A stretch of DNA of 64,000 bases from an uncultured Acidobacteriota bacterium (GTDB taxonomy: Bacteria > Acidobacteriota > Vicinamibacteria > Fen-336). Each line of letters begins with the position of its first letter. The stretch's first letter is position 1. The stretch spans positions 672,001-736,000 of the forward strand of contig OY970399.1 in assembly GCA_963720545.1 (NCBI GenBank). Reading direction: 5' to 3'. The notes below the pieces were generated by a model, which saw nothing but the letters and a program-made list of their open reading frames with translations, had not been told where the DNA came from and searched no databases. Shown in pieces: positions 29,567-39,429 of the stretch. Both the position numbers and the translations under genes were made by a program.

Positions 29567-32491
29567 ATGAAAAAAGCAGTAGGCCTTGCTCTCCTCTGCC
29601 TACTTGCATTGATGCCTGCCGCATGGGCCCAGTCCTCAGCGATTGTGGCCGGCGTGGCAACCGACGAATCGGGCGCGGTCCTGCCCGGTGTCACGGTCAC
29701 GCTCGCAGGCGTCAACGGTACGCGCTCAGCGGTTTCGACGTCGGAAGGCGAGTATCGCTTCCTGAACGTCGATCCGGGAACCTACACCCTCAGTGCTGCG
29801 ATGACGGGCTTCGGCACGATCAGCCGGTCCATCACCGTGAACCTGGCGTCAAACATCAAGTTCGACTTTCCGATGAAGGTGCGCCAGCTCGAAGAGGCGG
29901 TCACCGTCACCAGCGAACTGCCGGTCGTCGACACCAAGCGCGTCGGCACGGCCACGGTGCTCACCAATGCCGAGCTGTCGCAGACGCCGCAGTCGCGCGA
30001 CCCCTGGGCGGTGTTGAAGTCCGTGCCCGGCGTGCTAGTCGATCGCGTCTCGATCGCCGGCTCCGAAGCCGGCCAGCAGTCGAGCTTCGTCGCCAAGGGG
30101 GCTTCGCCGCTCGATACGACCTACAGCATTGACGGCGTCGTCGTCACCGACACGTCGTGTGGCGGTTGCTCGCCGGCCTACTACGACTTCGACTCGTTCG
30201 AGGAAATCAAGGTCGACACCGGCGGCAACGACCTCAAGGTATCGACGGGCGGCGTTGGCCTGAACTTCATGACCAAGCGCGGCACGAACAACTTCCACGG
30301 CAACATCCACACTTTCTTCAGCCACGACAAGCTGCAGTCGGGCAACCTGCCCGACGACCTGGTCGGAGATCCGCGTCTCGCCGGCAGCGACAAGGCCCAG
30401 CACCTCGACCAGATCAACGACTATGGCGCCGACATCGGCGGCCCGATCATCAAGGACAAGCTGTGGTTCTGGGGCGCTTACGGCAAGAACGACATCCGCC
30501 TGAAGCGGCTCAACCAGACACAGGACAAGACGCTCCTCAAGATCTGGAACGCCAAGGTCAACTGGCAGGCCACCGACAACGACATGGTGTCGTTCTTCTT
30601 CAACAACAACCTCAAGGCGAAGTTCGGCCGCTCCCCCGGACAAGCAGGCTTTGAGCCCGACACCTACCTCTGGAACCAGGGTACGTTCTACGAAGAGGAC
30701 GGCTGCGGCCTGCCATGCGGCGCGCACGGCTTGTTCAAGTTCGAAGACAACCACATCGTCAACCAGAACTTCTTCATCAACGCCAAGTACGCCTTCTTCA
30801 ACTGGGGCTACGGCTTCGAGCCGCGCGGCGGCATGGACCTCGACAACGGCATCGACCTCGTCAACAACGTGGCGTATGGCTCGTCGTCTCGCTACCGCTC
30901 GTTCCGGCCCTGGCACGTTGCCAACATCGACGGCAACTACTTCAAGAGCGCCAACGGCGGCAGCCACGAATTCAAGTTTGGTTTCGGCTACCGCCGCAAC
31001 CCGACCACCTCCACCACGACCTTCGCGGGATCGAGCGTTGTCGCCAAGCAGAACGACATCAACGCCGCCGGCCAGGGCATCGGCTACGCGCTGGTCTACC
31101 GCAACCGCATCGCCAAGTTCCGTGGCGAGAACCTCAGCGCCTACGTCGGCGACAGCTTCACCAAGGGTCGGCTGACGGTGAATGCCGGGATCCGCTGGGA
31201 CCGGCAGACGGCGCAGAATCTCGACAGCGACACCCCCGCGAACCCGCTCTTCCCCGAGCTGGTGCCGGCGGTGTCGATCAGGGCCAACGACCTGACGAGC
31301 ATCAAGTGGAAGAACTTCTCCCCCCGGATCAGCGGCAGCCTCGCGCTCGACGACTCGCGCAAGACGGTCGTGCGGGCCTCCTACGCGCGCTACGCCGGTC
31401 AGCTCAACAACCTCGACGTCCTGAACAACAACGCCGTGGGCGCCTACTATCCGTATCTGGCGTACAACTGGGTGGACCTCAACGGCGACCATTTCGCCCA
31501 GAGGAACGAGGTGCTGGTGGGCGACGGCGTCGCCTACAACAACGTCATCGACCCGGCCAATCCGGCCGGCTCCAGCACGCCCAACCAGGTCGATCCGAAC
31601 TACAAGGCGAACGTCGATCACGAGTTCATCGTGGGAATCGACAAGGAGCTGGCGCCGAACTTCGCCGTGAACTTCGCCTACACCTGGCGGCGCGGCAACA
31701 ACATCACCGCGTGGAACCCACGCGTTGGCTTGACCGTTGACGACTACACCGCGAATGACCCCGTTACGATCAACGGCTTCACGGCACAGACGTTCTCGCC
31801 CAACCCGGATCTCGTGGCGCAGTTTGGCGGCGGCCGCACCGTTACCAACCGCCCCGACTTCCACCGCGGCTACAACGGCCTCGAGTTGAGCCTCATCAAG
31901 CGCCTGTCGAACAAGTGGATGGCGCGCGCGGCCTTCTCGTACATGAACTGGAAGGAATACATCGACGGCCCCAATGCCGCGCAGAATCCGACGCCTACCG
32001 AACCACGGTACGGGATCGGTATCGGCGGCCTGTCCGGACCTCTTGTGGACGGAGGTGCCTCGGCGATTCGTTCCTATGGCGACAAGGGCGACGTGTATTT
32101 CAACGCCAAGTGGCAGGTAAACGCATCCGCGCTCTACCAGCTTCCGGCGGGCTTCGAGATCGCCGGCAACGTCTACGGACGTCAGGGTTACCCGTTCGTC
32201 ACGATCCTTCGTATCCCTGCGCCTGGAGAAAGCGGTGCCTATCGCGCCCTCGCAACCGGCAAGGTAGACGACATCCGTCAAGACAACCTGTGGACGACCG
32301 ACATTCGGCTAGCCAAGACCCTGAAGCTCGGACCCACAATCAACCTCGGCCTCACCGTCGATGTGTTCAACATCTTCAACGCGAACACTGTGCTGCAGCG
32401 AACGCGTGATGCCGCATCGGACGACTACCGGACGATCCTCGAGGTGTTGAGCCCCCGGGTTGCCCGCATCGGAGTCCGGCTCGGGTTCTAG
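29567..32491 (+). CDS. TonB-dependent receptor, Oar-like, with N-terminal carboxypeptidase regulatory-like domain
   Basis: RBS GGAG and signal peptide. DESGAVLPGVTVT, plug TKRGTNNFHG, GGPIIKDKLWF, C-terminal RIGVRLGF. Confidence 0.93.
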   Translation: MKKAVGLALLCLLALMPAAWAQSSAIVAGVATDESGAVLPGVTVTLAGVNGTRSAVSTSEGEYRFLNVDPGTYTLSAAMTGFGTISRSITVNLASNIKFDFPMKVRQLEEAVTVTSELPVVDTKRVGTATVLTNAELSQTPQSRDPWAVLKSVPGVLVDRVSIAGSEAGQQSSFVAKGASPLDTTYSIDGVVVTDTSCGGCSPAYYDFDSFEEIKVDTGGNDLKVSTGGVGLNFMTKRGTNNFHGNIHTFFSHDKLQSGNLPDDLVGDPRLAGSDKAQHLDQINDYGADIGGPIIKDKLWFWGAYGKNDIRLKRLNQTQDKTLLKIWNAKVNWQATDNDMVSFFFNNNLKAKFGRSPGQAGFEPDTYLWNQGTFYEEDGCGLPCGAHGLFKFEDNHIVNQNFFINAKYAFFNWGYGFEPRGGMDLDNGIDLVNNVAYGSSSRYRSFRPWHVANIDGNYFKSANGGSHEFKFGFGYRRNPTTSTTTFAGSSVVAKQNDINAAGQGIGYALVYRNRIAKFRGENLSAYVGDSFTKGRLTVNAGIRWDRQTAQNLDSDTPANPLFPELVPAVSIRANDLTSIKWKNFSPRISGSLALDDSRKTVVRASYARYAGQLNNLDVLNNNAVGAYYPYLAYNWVDLNGDHFAQRNEVLVGDGVAYNNVIDPANPAGSSTPNQVDPNYKANVDHEFIVGIDKELAPNFAVNFAYTWRRGNNITAWNPRVGLTVDDYTANDPVTINGFTAQTFSPNPDLVAQFGGGRTVTNRPDFHRGYNGLELSLIKRLSNKWMARAAFSYMNWKEYIDGPNAAQNPTPTEPRYGIGIGGLSGPLVDGGASAIRSYGDKGDVYFNAKWQVNASALYQLPAGFEIAGNVYGRQGYPFVTILRIPAPGESGAYRALATGKVDDIRQDNLWTTDIRLAKTLKLGPTINLGLTVDVFNIFNANTVLQRTRDAASDDYRTILEVLSPRVARIGVRLGF

Positions 32492-32517
32492 CAACGTTTC
32501 GCTAGTCGCCTGACGGC

Positions 32518-32552
32518 GGGGTGGCGCGTCAAGCGCCACCCCTTTTTCTTTT
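32518..32552 (+). terminator. Rho-independent terminator after the TonB-dependent receptor
   Basis: 10-bp stem GGGGTGGCGC / GCGCCACCCC, 5-nt loop, then TTTTTCTTTT. Confidence 0.9.
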
Positions 32553-32583
32553 GGCGGGGCACCTCGCCCGTAGAATCGTCGTC

Positions 32584-34734
32584 GTGAAGAAGAGCCAGCT
32601 CGTCGCGGCCACGGTCGTCTTGGCCGCCATCGCCGTTGCCGCGTACGCCTGGCTGCGCTTGGCGCGGCCCGGGCCGCCCAACATCCTGCTCATCACCCTC
32701 GACACCACGCGCGCCGACCGCATCGGCGCCTACGGCTATGCCGGCGCTCGCACTCCGGTGCTCGATGCGTTGGCCGCGCGCGGCGTGCGTTTTTCAATGG
32801 CGGCCGCATCGGCACCGCTCACCGGCCCCTCGCACGCGACCATCCTCACCGGGCTCTATCCGCCGCAGCACGGCGTGCGCGACAACGTGGTGTTTCCGCT
32901 CGCCGCAAGCCACCGCTCGCTTGCCACCATGCTGCGCGGCGCCGGCTACGAGACGGCGGCGTTCGTTGCCGCTTTTCCGGTGGCGAGCGCCTTCGGCTTC
33001 AGCGCCGGCTTCGACAAGTTCGACGAGTCGTTCCACGAATCGGCGGACGATTCACAGGCGGCGGAGCGGCCCGGCAACGAGGTGGCCGACGCCGCCATTG
33101 CCTGGCTCACTGGCCGCACCTCGAGCGCGCCGTTCTTCGTCTGGACTCACTTCTACGATGCGCACACGCCGTACGCGCCTCCGGCACCGTTCGCCGCCGA
33201 GTTCAAGGGCCGCGAGTACGACGGCGAGATCGCGTTTGCCGACCAGCAGGTGGGCCGTGTTCTCGACACGCTGGCGAAAGCCGGCCTGGCCGACAACACC
33301 GTCGTGGTGGTGGTCGCCGACCACGGCGAATCGCTGGGCGAGCACGGCGAATCGACACACGCCATCCTCATCTACGAAGCCACCATCCATGTGCCGCTGA
33401 TCATCGCCGGACCTGCGGTGCCGCGCGGGGAAACGGTCGCTTCGCGTGTCGGGACGGCCGACATCGTGCCGACGGTGCTGCGCCTCGCCGGCTTGCCGGT
33501 CCCAGACGGGCTGCCGGGGCGCGACCTGCGCGCGGCGTTCGGTCAGGGGCGGCTGCAGTCGCAGCCGATCTATTCGGAGAGCATCTTCGGCCGCCTCAAC
33601 TGCCGGTGGTCGGCGCTGCGGGCGTGGAGCGAGGGCGACTACAAGCTGATCCGCGGCAGCAGCGTCGAGCTCTTCGACATCGCGAACGATCCGGCGGAAG
33701 TGAAGGACCTCGCGGCGAGCGAGCCGCAGCGCGCGCAGCAGATGGGCGATGCCCTTGCGGCGGCGCTCGCAGGCATGGCCCCGGGCGGCGACGCGGCGCG
33801 CACCGTGACCGTCTCGCCGGAACAGGAGGAAAAGCTGCGCAGCCTCGGCTACATCGGCGGCGGCTCGGGCGGCGCCGGCGTTCTCGATGAACCAGGGCTT
33901 CCGGATCCCCGCACCCATGTGCAGCTGTACGAACGGATTCAGCAGCTCGCGAAGGCGTCGCGCGGTCCGCAGGCGCAGGTGGCGGTCGGGCAACTGGTCA
34001 CGCTGGCGGAGCAGGATCCGGGCAACCCGTACGCGCACTTCGCCGTCGGCAACGCCGCGTATCGCGTCGGGCTGCTGGCGCTGGCTGCAATCGCATACGA
34101 CAAGGGCCTCGCGCTCGATCCCGATCGCCCGGGCGTGCGGCTCCCCTACGGCCACCTGCTCCGCGACATGGGGCGCCTCGACGAATCCGAACAGCAGCTG
34201 CGCATCGCGGTGGAGCAGACCACGGACGACGACGACCGCACGCGCATCGCGCTCGCGCGCACGCTGATCGCGCAAAAGAAGCTCGCCGAAGCCGGCACCA
34301 TCATCGACGCCGTGTTCGCGCGCGCGCCGAACCATCGCGAAGCCGCGGCGGCGCGTGGCGAGTGGCTGGTGGCGAGCGGGCGCGATGCCGAAGCGATCGC
34401 CTTCCTCGAAAAGGGCGCCGCCGGCAGCGACGATCCCATCCTCGAGATCGCGCGCCTGCACCTGCAGGCCGGCGACAACGCCGCGGCGATCACCACCGCC
34501 GAGCGGGTGCTGGCGCGTTCGCCGGCGCATCCGTGGGCGCTGGCGCTGAAGGCGCACGCGCTCATCGCTTCGGGCCAGCGCGCCGCCGGCGTCGCCCTCC
34601 TCGAGAAGGCGCTCCTGGCGAGGCCGCGCCGGCCCGAGGCGTGGAACGCGCTGGCGGCGGCGTTCACCGCCGCCAACGACCCGCGGCGCGCCACGATGTG
34701 CCGCGCGGAAGCGGCGCGCGCGGGAGCTCTCTAG
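32584..34734 (+). CDS. Sulfatase-like hydrolase/transferase with C-terminal TPR repeats
   Basis: N-terminal TM, PNILLITLDTTRAD, PLTGPSHATILTG, ADHGESLGEHGE, followed by helical TPR-like repeats. Confidence 0.9.
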   Translation: MKKSQLVAATVVLAAIAVAAYAWLRLARPGPPNILLITLDTTRADRIGAYGYAGARTPVLDALAARGVRFSMAAASAPLTGPSHATILTGLYPPQHGVRDNVVFPLAASHRSLATMLRGAGYETAAFVAAFPVASAFGFSAGFDKFDESFHESADDSQAAERPGNEVADAAIAWLTGRTSSAPFFVWTHFYDAHTPYAPPAPFAAEFKGREYDGEIAFADQQVGRVLDTLAKAGLADNTVVVVVADHGESLGEHGESTHAILIYEATIHVPLIIAGPAVPRGETVASRVGTADIVPTVLRLAGLPVPDGLPGRDLRAAFGQGRLQSQPIYSESIFGRLNCRWSALRAWSEGDYKLIRGSSVELFDIANDPAEVKDLAASEPQRAQQMGDALAAALAGMAPGGDAARTVTVSPEQEEKLRSLGYIGGGSGGAGVLDEPGLPDPRTHVQLYERIQQLAKASRGPQAQVAVGQLVTLAEQDPGNPYAHFAVGNAAYRVGLLALAAIAYDKGLALDPDRPGVRLPYGHLLRDMGRLDESEQQLRIAVEQTTDDDDRTRIALARTLIAQKKLAEAGTIIDAVFARAPNHREAAAARGEWLVASGRDAEAIAFLEKGAAGSDDPILEIARLHLQAGDNAAAITTAERVLARSPAHPWALALKAHALIASGQRAAGVALLEKALLARPRRPEAWNALAAAFTAANDPRRATMCRAEAARAGAL

Positions 34735-34741
34735 CGCCGGC

Positions 34742-35845
34742 CTAGGGCGTGAGCCCGATCGGCGGCCGGCGCCAGAGTGACTTCACCGTGAAGGCGCGCG
34801 GTTCGCTTGGATAGCCGTCGAGGCCGCCGGCGCTGCAGGCGGTGACGCGCCAGTAGAAGGCGCCGACCGGCAGGCCTTCCGCGGTCCACTCGTTCTGCTT
34901 CAGCGCCGGGATGCGCGCCACGAGCCGGGAGCAGGCTGGGTCTTCGCACACCTCCATGACGTAGGTGCCGGCGCCGGCCACGGTGCGCCACACGAAGCGC
35001 GGGTTCGCGTAATCGAACGCGGCGCCGTGCGACGGGATCGCCACCTCCGGCGCCGGCAGGAGCGCCTGTGGCGGCGCCGGCTTCCGGTTCTTCACGACCG
35101 ACGTGCCCATTCCTTCCTGCACGGTGACCGAGCGGCCTCCCGAAGTCACTTCGCTTTGCCCCTTGAACACCATGAGCTGCGCGCGGCCGCCGGTTGGCTC
35201 GACGCGGGCCCGACTCCACCCGGTGCCGTCGGTGGCGCGGGTCGGGGCGACGTGCGCCGAACCCACCACCACTTCGATGTCCGAGCGCGCCGCGCCGGCA
35301 CCGGGGCGCGCGCTGCGCAGGCTCAGGTCGCCCTGCCCCTCGACGATCTCGATGCGGTTGCGGCTCACCCGCGCCACCGGCGCCGCGGCGTCGCGGACGA
35401 AGATCAGCGAGTCCTCGCCGACGGTGAGCTGCGAGCCGTCCTTGAACCCAAGCTGCGCGGACGAGGCGCGATAGGTGCGCAGTCCGTCGCGGCGGCCCAG
35501 CGGGTCGCCGACGTGGGCCGCCGCCCAGACCGGTGCCGTGTGCGGGCGCGAGTCGACGCGCCGGGCGATCTCGTCGATCGTGGCGATGCCGGTGTTCTTC
35601 GGGATGGTGATGGATTGTCCTGGAAAAACGCGGTGCGGATCCTTGATGAACGAGTTGACCTTCCAGATCTCGGTCCAGGCTGCCGCTGATCCGAGGTAGC
35701 GCTCGGCGAGACTCTCGAGAGTGTCGCCCTCCTTGACCACGTAGCTCTCACCGGCAGCTGCAGCGTTTGGTTCCTGAGCGCCGAATGCAATTCGCGCGCC
35801 GAGTAGCGTCGCCACAAGCAATCCGGCATGTTTCATTCCGTTCAT
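34742..35845 (-). CDS. Secreted LysM + FecR domain protein with C-terminal Fn3/Ig-like domain
   Basis: Signal peptide. LysM YVVKEGDTLESLAERYLG..NSFIKDPHRVFPGQSITIP, FecR-like LRT..SSAQLGFKDGSQLTVGEDS, C-terminal F.W..V.GA..Y…G.FYWRVTA. ATGA overlap with the kinase stop. Confidence 0.85.
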   Translation of the reverse strand: MNGMKHAGLLVATLLGARIAFGAQEPNAAAAGESYVVKEGDTLESLAERYLGSAAAWTEIWKVNSFIKDPHRVFPGQSITIPKNTGIATIDEIARRVDSRPHTAPVWAAAHVGDPLGRRDGLRTYRASSAQLGFKDGSQLTVGEDSLIFVRDAAAPVARVSRNRIEIVEGQGDLSLRSARPGAGAARSDIEVVVGSAHVAPTRATDGTGWSRARVEPTGGRAQLMVFKGQSEVTSGGRSVTVQEGMGTSVVKNRKPAPPQALLPAPEVAIPSHGAAFDYANPRFVWRTVAGAGTYVMEVCEDPACSRLVARIPALKQNEWTAEGLPVGAFYWRVTACSAGGLDGYPSEPRAFTVKSLWRRPPIGLTP

Positions 35846-37794
35846 TCTCCCGAGGGCTCCTGGCTGCGAACCGGTACTTCCATGCGAATGGTAGCCAGGT
35901 TCGCGCGATCCGCGCCCGGCCCGCTGGTTGGCAACGTGCTGGCCGTCCATTTCCAGCCATGCACGCGGATGAGGCGCTCGAGGAGCAGAGCCGCATCCAT
36001 CGCCGAGGGCACGCGGCGGCCGCGGTCCTTGTCCATCAGCTCCGCCACCAGCGCGTCGAGATCAAGCGGCACCAGGTGATTGCGGCGCGACGGCGGCGCC
36101 ACCTTGTCGTTGAGCGTGCTCATCAGGACGTCCTGCGACTCGCGGCCGGGGAACGGCATCTCACCGGTGAGGCACTGATAGAGGACCACGCCCACCGCGA
36201 ACACATCGCCGCGCTCGTCCTGCCCCTCGCCGCGGATCGTCTCGGGCGCGAGATACCCGGGTGTGCCGAACACCAGATCGTTGACCTTGCGCGCGGAGGT
36301 GCGCAGGCTGGCGATGCCGAAGTCGGTGACCTTGATGCAGCCGTCGCGGCCGAGCAGGACATTGCCGGGCTTCATGTCGCGGTGGATGACGCCGTGCTCG
36401 TGCGCGCCGTGCAGGCCGCGGGCCACTGCGGCCATGATCGGCACCGCGTGCTCGGGTGGCATCGTCGCGAGCGACGAGAGATGCTCGTCCAGGCTGCAGC
36501 CGTCGACGAACTCCATTGCCACGAAGGTGGCCTCGGGGATGTCCTCGACATCGTAGACGGCGACGATGTTCGGGTGGCTGAAGCGCGCCACCGTGACCGC
36601 CTCGTGCAGCAGGCTCGTCACCCGGTCGTTGCGATGCTTGTCGGCGTCGCCGATGCGGATGGTCTTGAGCGCCACCATGCGCTGTAACTTGGGGTCGTAG
36701 CCGCGGAACACGGTGCCCATGCCGCCGTTGCCGACGACGCCCATCACCTGGTACCGGCCGAGGAACACGTCGCCGATGGCTTCGCGGTCGAGCGTCTGGC
36801 GCTCGAGCGCCGCGAACGACGCCTTCAACTGCTCGATTTCATTGCCTTTCTCCGTGGAACGGCCGAGGCCGGCAAGGCGCCGCTGGCTCTTCGCCAGGTC
36901 GCGGATCGGGCGCACCACCGAACGGTAGGCGAAGGCAGACAGAATCACGGTGAGACCGAGCGCGACGGCGGCGGCGAGGAAGCCGTTGCGGCGCAAGTTG
37001 CGCTGCGTGGCTTCGGCGACCGCGCCCGGCTGCCTGGTCAGGACGAACCAGCGCGTGCCGGCAATCTGCGCCGAAGCGCCGAGCACGGCGCCGTCGTCCG
37101 TCGCAAAGCGGCGGGCGCCGCCCGCCCGGCCGCTGAGACCAGCCTGCACCAGGTCTGGCGGAAAGGACGAGAGCGACACCTTTGGGTCGGTGGCGAACAG
37201 GATGTCACGGTCCTGGCTCACCACCAGCACCGCGGCGTCGAGGCCGAGTTCGGGACTGTTCACCACGTCGCGCAGCTGCGCGCCGTTCACCACCAGGCGC
37301 AAGTGGCCGCCGTTTTCGGGCATCTCCGCCTTGATCCGCAGCCAGAACGCGTTGTTGACGTTCACCGGGACGATGTCGTCGTCCGATGGGTTGGCGAGCA
37401 CCGTTTCCACGATGGCCGCGTATTCCTTGCGCTGCACGCGGTAGTGCTCGCCGCCGTGCGCGCTCGTCGCCTGGACGCCCACCACCGCGGGCTGCGCCTG
37501 CAGATAGCTCGCGACGATTTCGCGCGCCATGGGCTGGTCGAGGCCGGCGTAGATGTCGGGATTCAGGGCCAGGGCGTGAGCCGATGCCTGGAGGCCATCG
37601 ACGAACGCCGCTATCCGCTCGCTGGTGGTGCGCGCGGTGACCGCGTGCGTCTTCAGCACCTGGGTGCTGAAGGCATCGCTGTTGAGCGCGAGGAGGTAAG
37701 GAACGATCGCGAGCGGGATGAAGCCTACCGCCGCGAGGCCGAGGATGACCCGGGCGAGGAGACCCAGCCGCGGCAATCGCAAGGGCAGCTTCAA
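35842..37794 (-). CDS. Membrane Ser/Thr protein kinase with Cache-like sensor and HAMP domain
   Basis: TM1, ~240-aa extracytoplasmic region, TM2, HAMP (RPIRDLA..NEIEQLKASF), then Hanks motifs GNGGMGTV, VALK, HRDMKPGN, DFG, GTPGYLAPE. Confidence 0.9.
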   Translation of the reverse strand: MKLPLRLPRLGLLARVILGLAAVGFIPLAIVPYLLALNSDAFSTQVLKTHAVTARTTSERIAAFVDGLQASAHALALNPDIYAGLDQPMAREIVASYLQAQPAVVGVQATSAHGGEHYRVQRKEYAAIVETVLANPSDDDIVPVNVNNAFWLRIKAEMPENGGHLRLVVNGAQLRDVVNSPELGLDAAVLVVSQDRDILFATDPKVSLSSFPPDLVQAGLSGRAGGARRFATDDGAVLGASAQIAGTRWFVLTRQPGAVAEATQRNLRRNGFLAAAVALGLTVILSAFAYRSVVRPIRDLAKSQRRLAGLGRSTEKGNEIEQLKASFAALERQTLDREAIGDVFLGRYQVMGVVGNGGMGTVFRGYDPKLQRMVALKTIRIGDADKHRNDRVTSLLHEAVTVARFSHPNIVAVYDVEDIPEATFVAMEFVDGCSLDEHLSSLATMPPEHAVPIMAAVARGLHGAHEHGVIHRDMKPGNVLLGRDGCIKVTDFGIASLRTSARKVNDLVFGTPGYLAPETIRGEGQDERGDVFAVGVVLYQCLTGEMPFPGRESQDVLMSTLNDKVAPPSRRNHLVPLDLDALVAELMDKDRGRRVPSAMDAALLLERLIRVHGWKWTASTLPTSGPGADRANLATIRMEVPVRSQEPSGE

Positions 37795-37855
37795 GGCGGC
37801 TCAGGGTAGCACTAAGCTTGCGGATCGAAAATGGCCGCGGCGGGTCCGCGCCCTT

Positions 37856-39283
37856 CTAGCCGGACGGCGTGCGCCGCGCGAGTTCGTCGATGCGGCGGAT
37901 GCCTTCGAAGAGGATGTGCTCGAAGCCGGCGAACACCGAGCGGGTCGGCGGGACGACGCCGTTGTCGAAGCGGAAGCGGCCGCTGTCCCAGGAGAGAAAC
38001 TCGTAGACAGCGTCGACGCCGCTCTCGCCACGCGAGGCGGCGTCGACGATCTCGCCCTTGTCGAAATGGATGCGCGCCTCGCCGTCGTCGCCGCGCACGT
38101 TGAGGACGCCGCTGAGCCGCGTCAGGTTGCACATCTGCAACAGGCCCGCGGGCCCGAGGATGGCCAGGCGGCCCTCGATGTTGCCCGAGCCGGAGGCGTC
38201 GTTGGCAAAGGTGGTATAGCGGCTCAGCATCATCACCACGCGGGTGATCACCTCGCGCGCCGGCGAGAGCTTGGAGAGGTAGTCGTCGGCGCCGGCGTCG
38301 AGGCCGCGGATGCGGGTGCGCACGTCGTCCCAGCCCGAGAGCAGCACCACCGGGATGGCGCTCAGCAGCGTGTGGCGGCGCAGCGCGTGGCACAGGTCGA
38401 AGCCGTCGAGCCGCGGCATGTCGACGTCGCTCAAGATCAGCCATGGCCGGCTCTCGATCGCCTGGTCGATGGCATCCTGGCCGTCGGCTGCCTCGTACAC
38501 CTCGAAGCCGGCATTGCGCAACAGGCTTGCCAGGTAGAAGCGGAAGGCGTTGTCGTCCTCGGCTATCAGCACCTTGCGGAACACCGGCGGGATGTCGCTC
38601 GCGTCCACCGGCTTCTCGAAGGTGCCGGAGAGGTCGGGCGCGGCCGGTTCCATGACCTGCGCGCGCAGCGGGTTCATCTCCTCGAACTTCGCCTCTGTGG
38701 GCCGCTCGATCGTCTGGCTCACGGTCTCGGGCGTCGTCCGGCCGGCGTTCACCAGCGTGCGCACCTCGCCGGTCTCGCCGCGCAGCGTTAGGAAGCCGGT
38801 GCGCACGTCGTCCCTGATGTTGCGCAGCAGCGACGCCGCCGCCTCGACGCCGCGCGCGCCGACGACGCCGGAACGCGTGGGCAGCTCGCGGAGGATGCGA
38901 TCGATTGCGTCGACGAGCACCCTGGCGCGCAGCGGCTTCTCGAGGTAGTCGACGACGCCGAAGCGGAAGGCGCGCACCTTGTGGGTTTCGTCGAGCGAGC
39001 CGGTTATGAAGATCACCGGCAGGTGCGCCGTCTGCGGATCGGCCTGCAGCTGCGCCAGCACCTCGAAGCCATCCATGGAAGGCATGGCGATGTCGCAGAG
39101 GATCAGGTCGGGCTGCGAAGCGAGCGCCATCTGCCGCGCCTGCGCCGGGTCGAGCGTGACGAGCACGTCGTAGCCGTGGCTCGAGAGCGACGCGCTCAGA
39201 GCGCGGCACAGCCGCTCGTCGTCGTCCACCACTTGAATCGTGGTCCTGGGCGCGGTGCCCGCGCTGTCACTGGTCATAGCCAC
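37856..39283 (-). CDS. Response regulator with two REC domains and DUF4388 domain(s)
   Basis: VVDDD..LCDIAMPSMDG..KP and IAEDD..LSDVDMPRLDG..K. C-terminal GRLAILGPAGLLQM..SGVLNV..IHFDKGEIVDA..WDSGRFRF. Confidence 0.88.
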   Translation of the reverse strand: MAMTSDSAGTAPRTTIQVVDDDERLCRALSASLSSHGYDVLVTLDPAQARQMALASQPDLILCDIAMPSMDGFEVLAQLQADPQTAHLPVIFITGSLDETHKVRAFRFGVVDYLEKPLRARVLVDAIDRILRELPTRSGVVGARGVEAAASLLRNIRDDVRTGFLTLRGETGEVRTLVNAGRTTPETVSQTIERPTEAKFEEMNPLRAQVMEPAAPDLSGTFEKPVDASDIPPVFRKVLIAEDDNAFRFYLASLLRNAGFEVYEAADGQDAIDQAIESRPWLILSDVDMPRLDGFDLCHALRRHTLLSAIPVVLLSGWDDVRTRIRGLDAGADDYLSKLSPAREVITRVVMMLSRYTTFANDASGSGNIEGRLAILGPAGLLQMCNLTRLSGVLNVRGDDGEARIHFDKGEIVDAASRGESGVDAVYEFLSWDSGRFRFDNGVVPPTRSVFAGFEHILFEGIRRIDELARRTPSG

Positions 39284-39429
39284 CGGCCAACCGCATTATG
39301 AGGGCTCCGGGACCGGGTGCAACCTGGGGGTGTGACGCAGGGCGTTTCTGCCACACTGCGTGCGCTGATCAAGGCGGCATGGTCGCGGTTCGTCGCGGTC
39401 AGCGGCGGCAGCAACAACACCGCGCGCGG

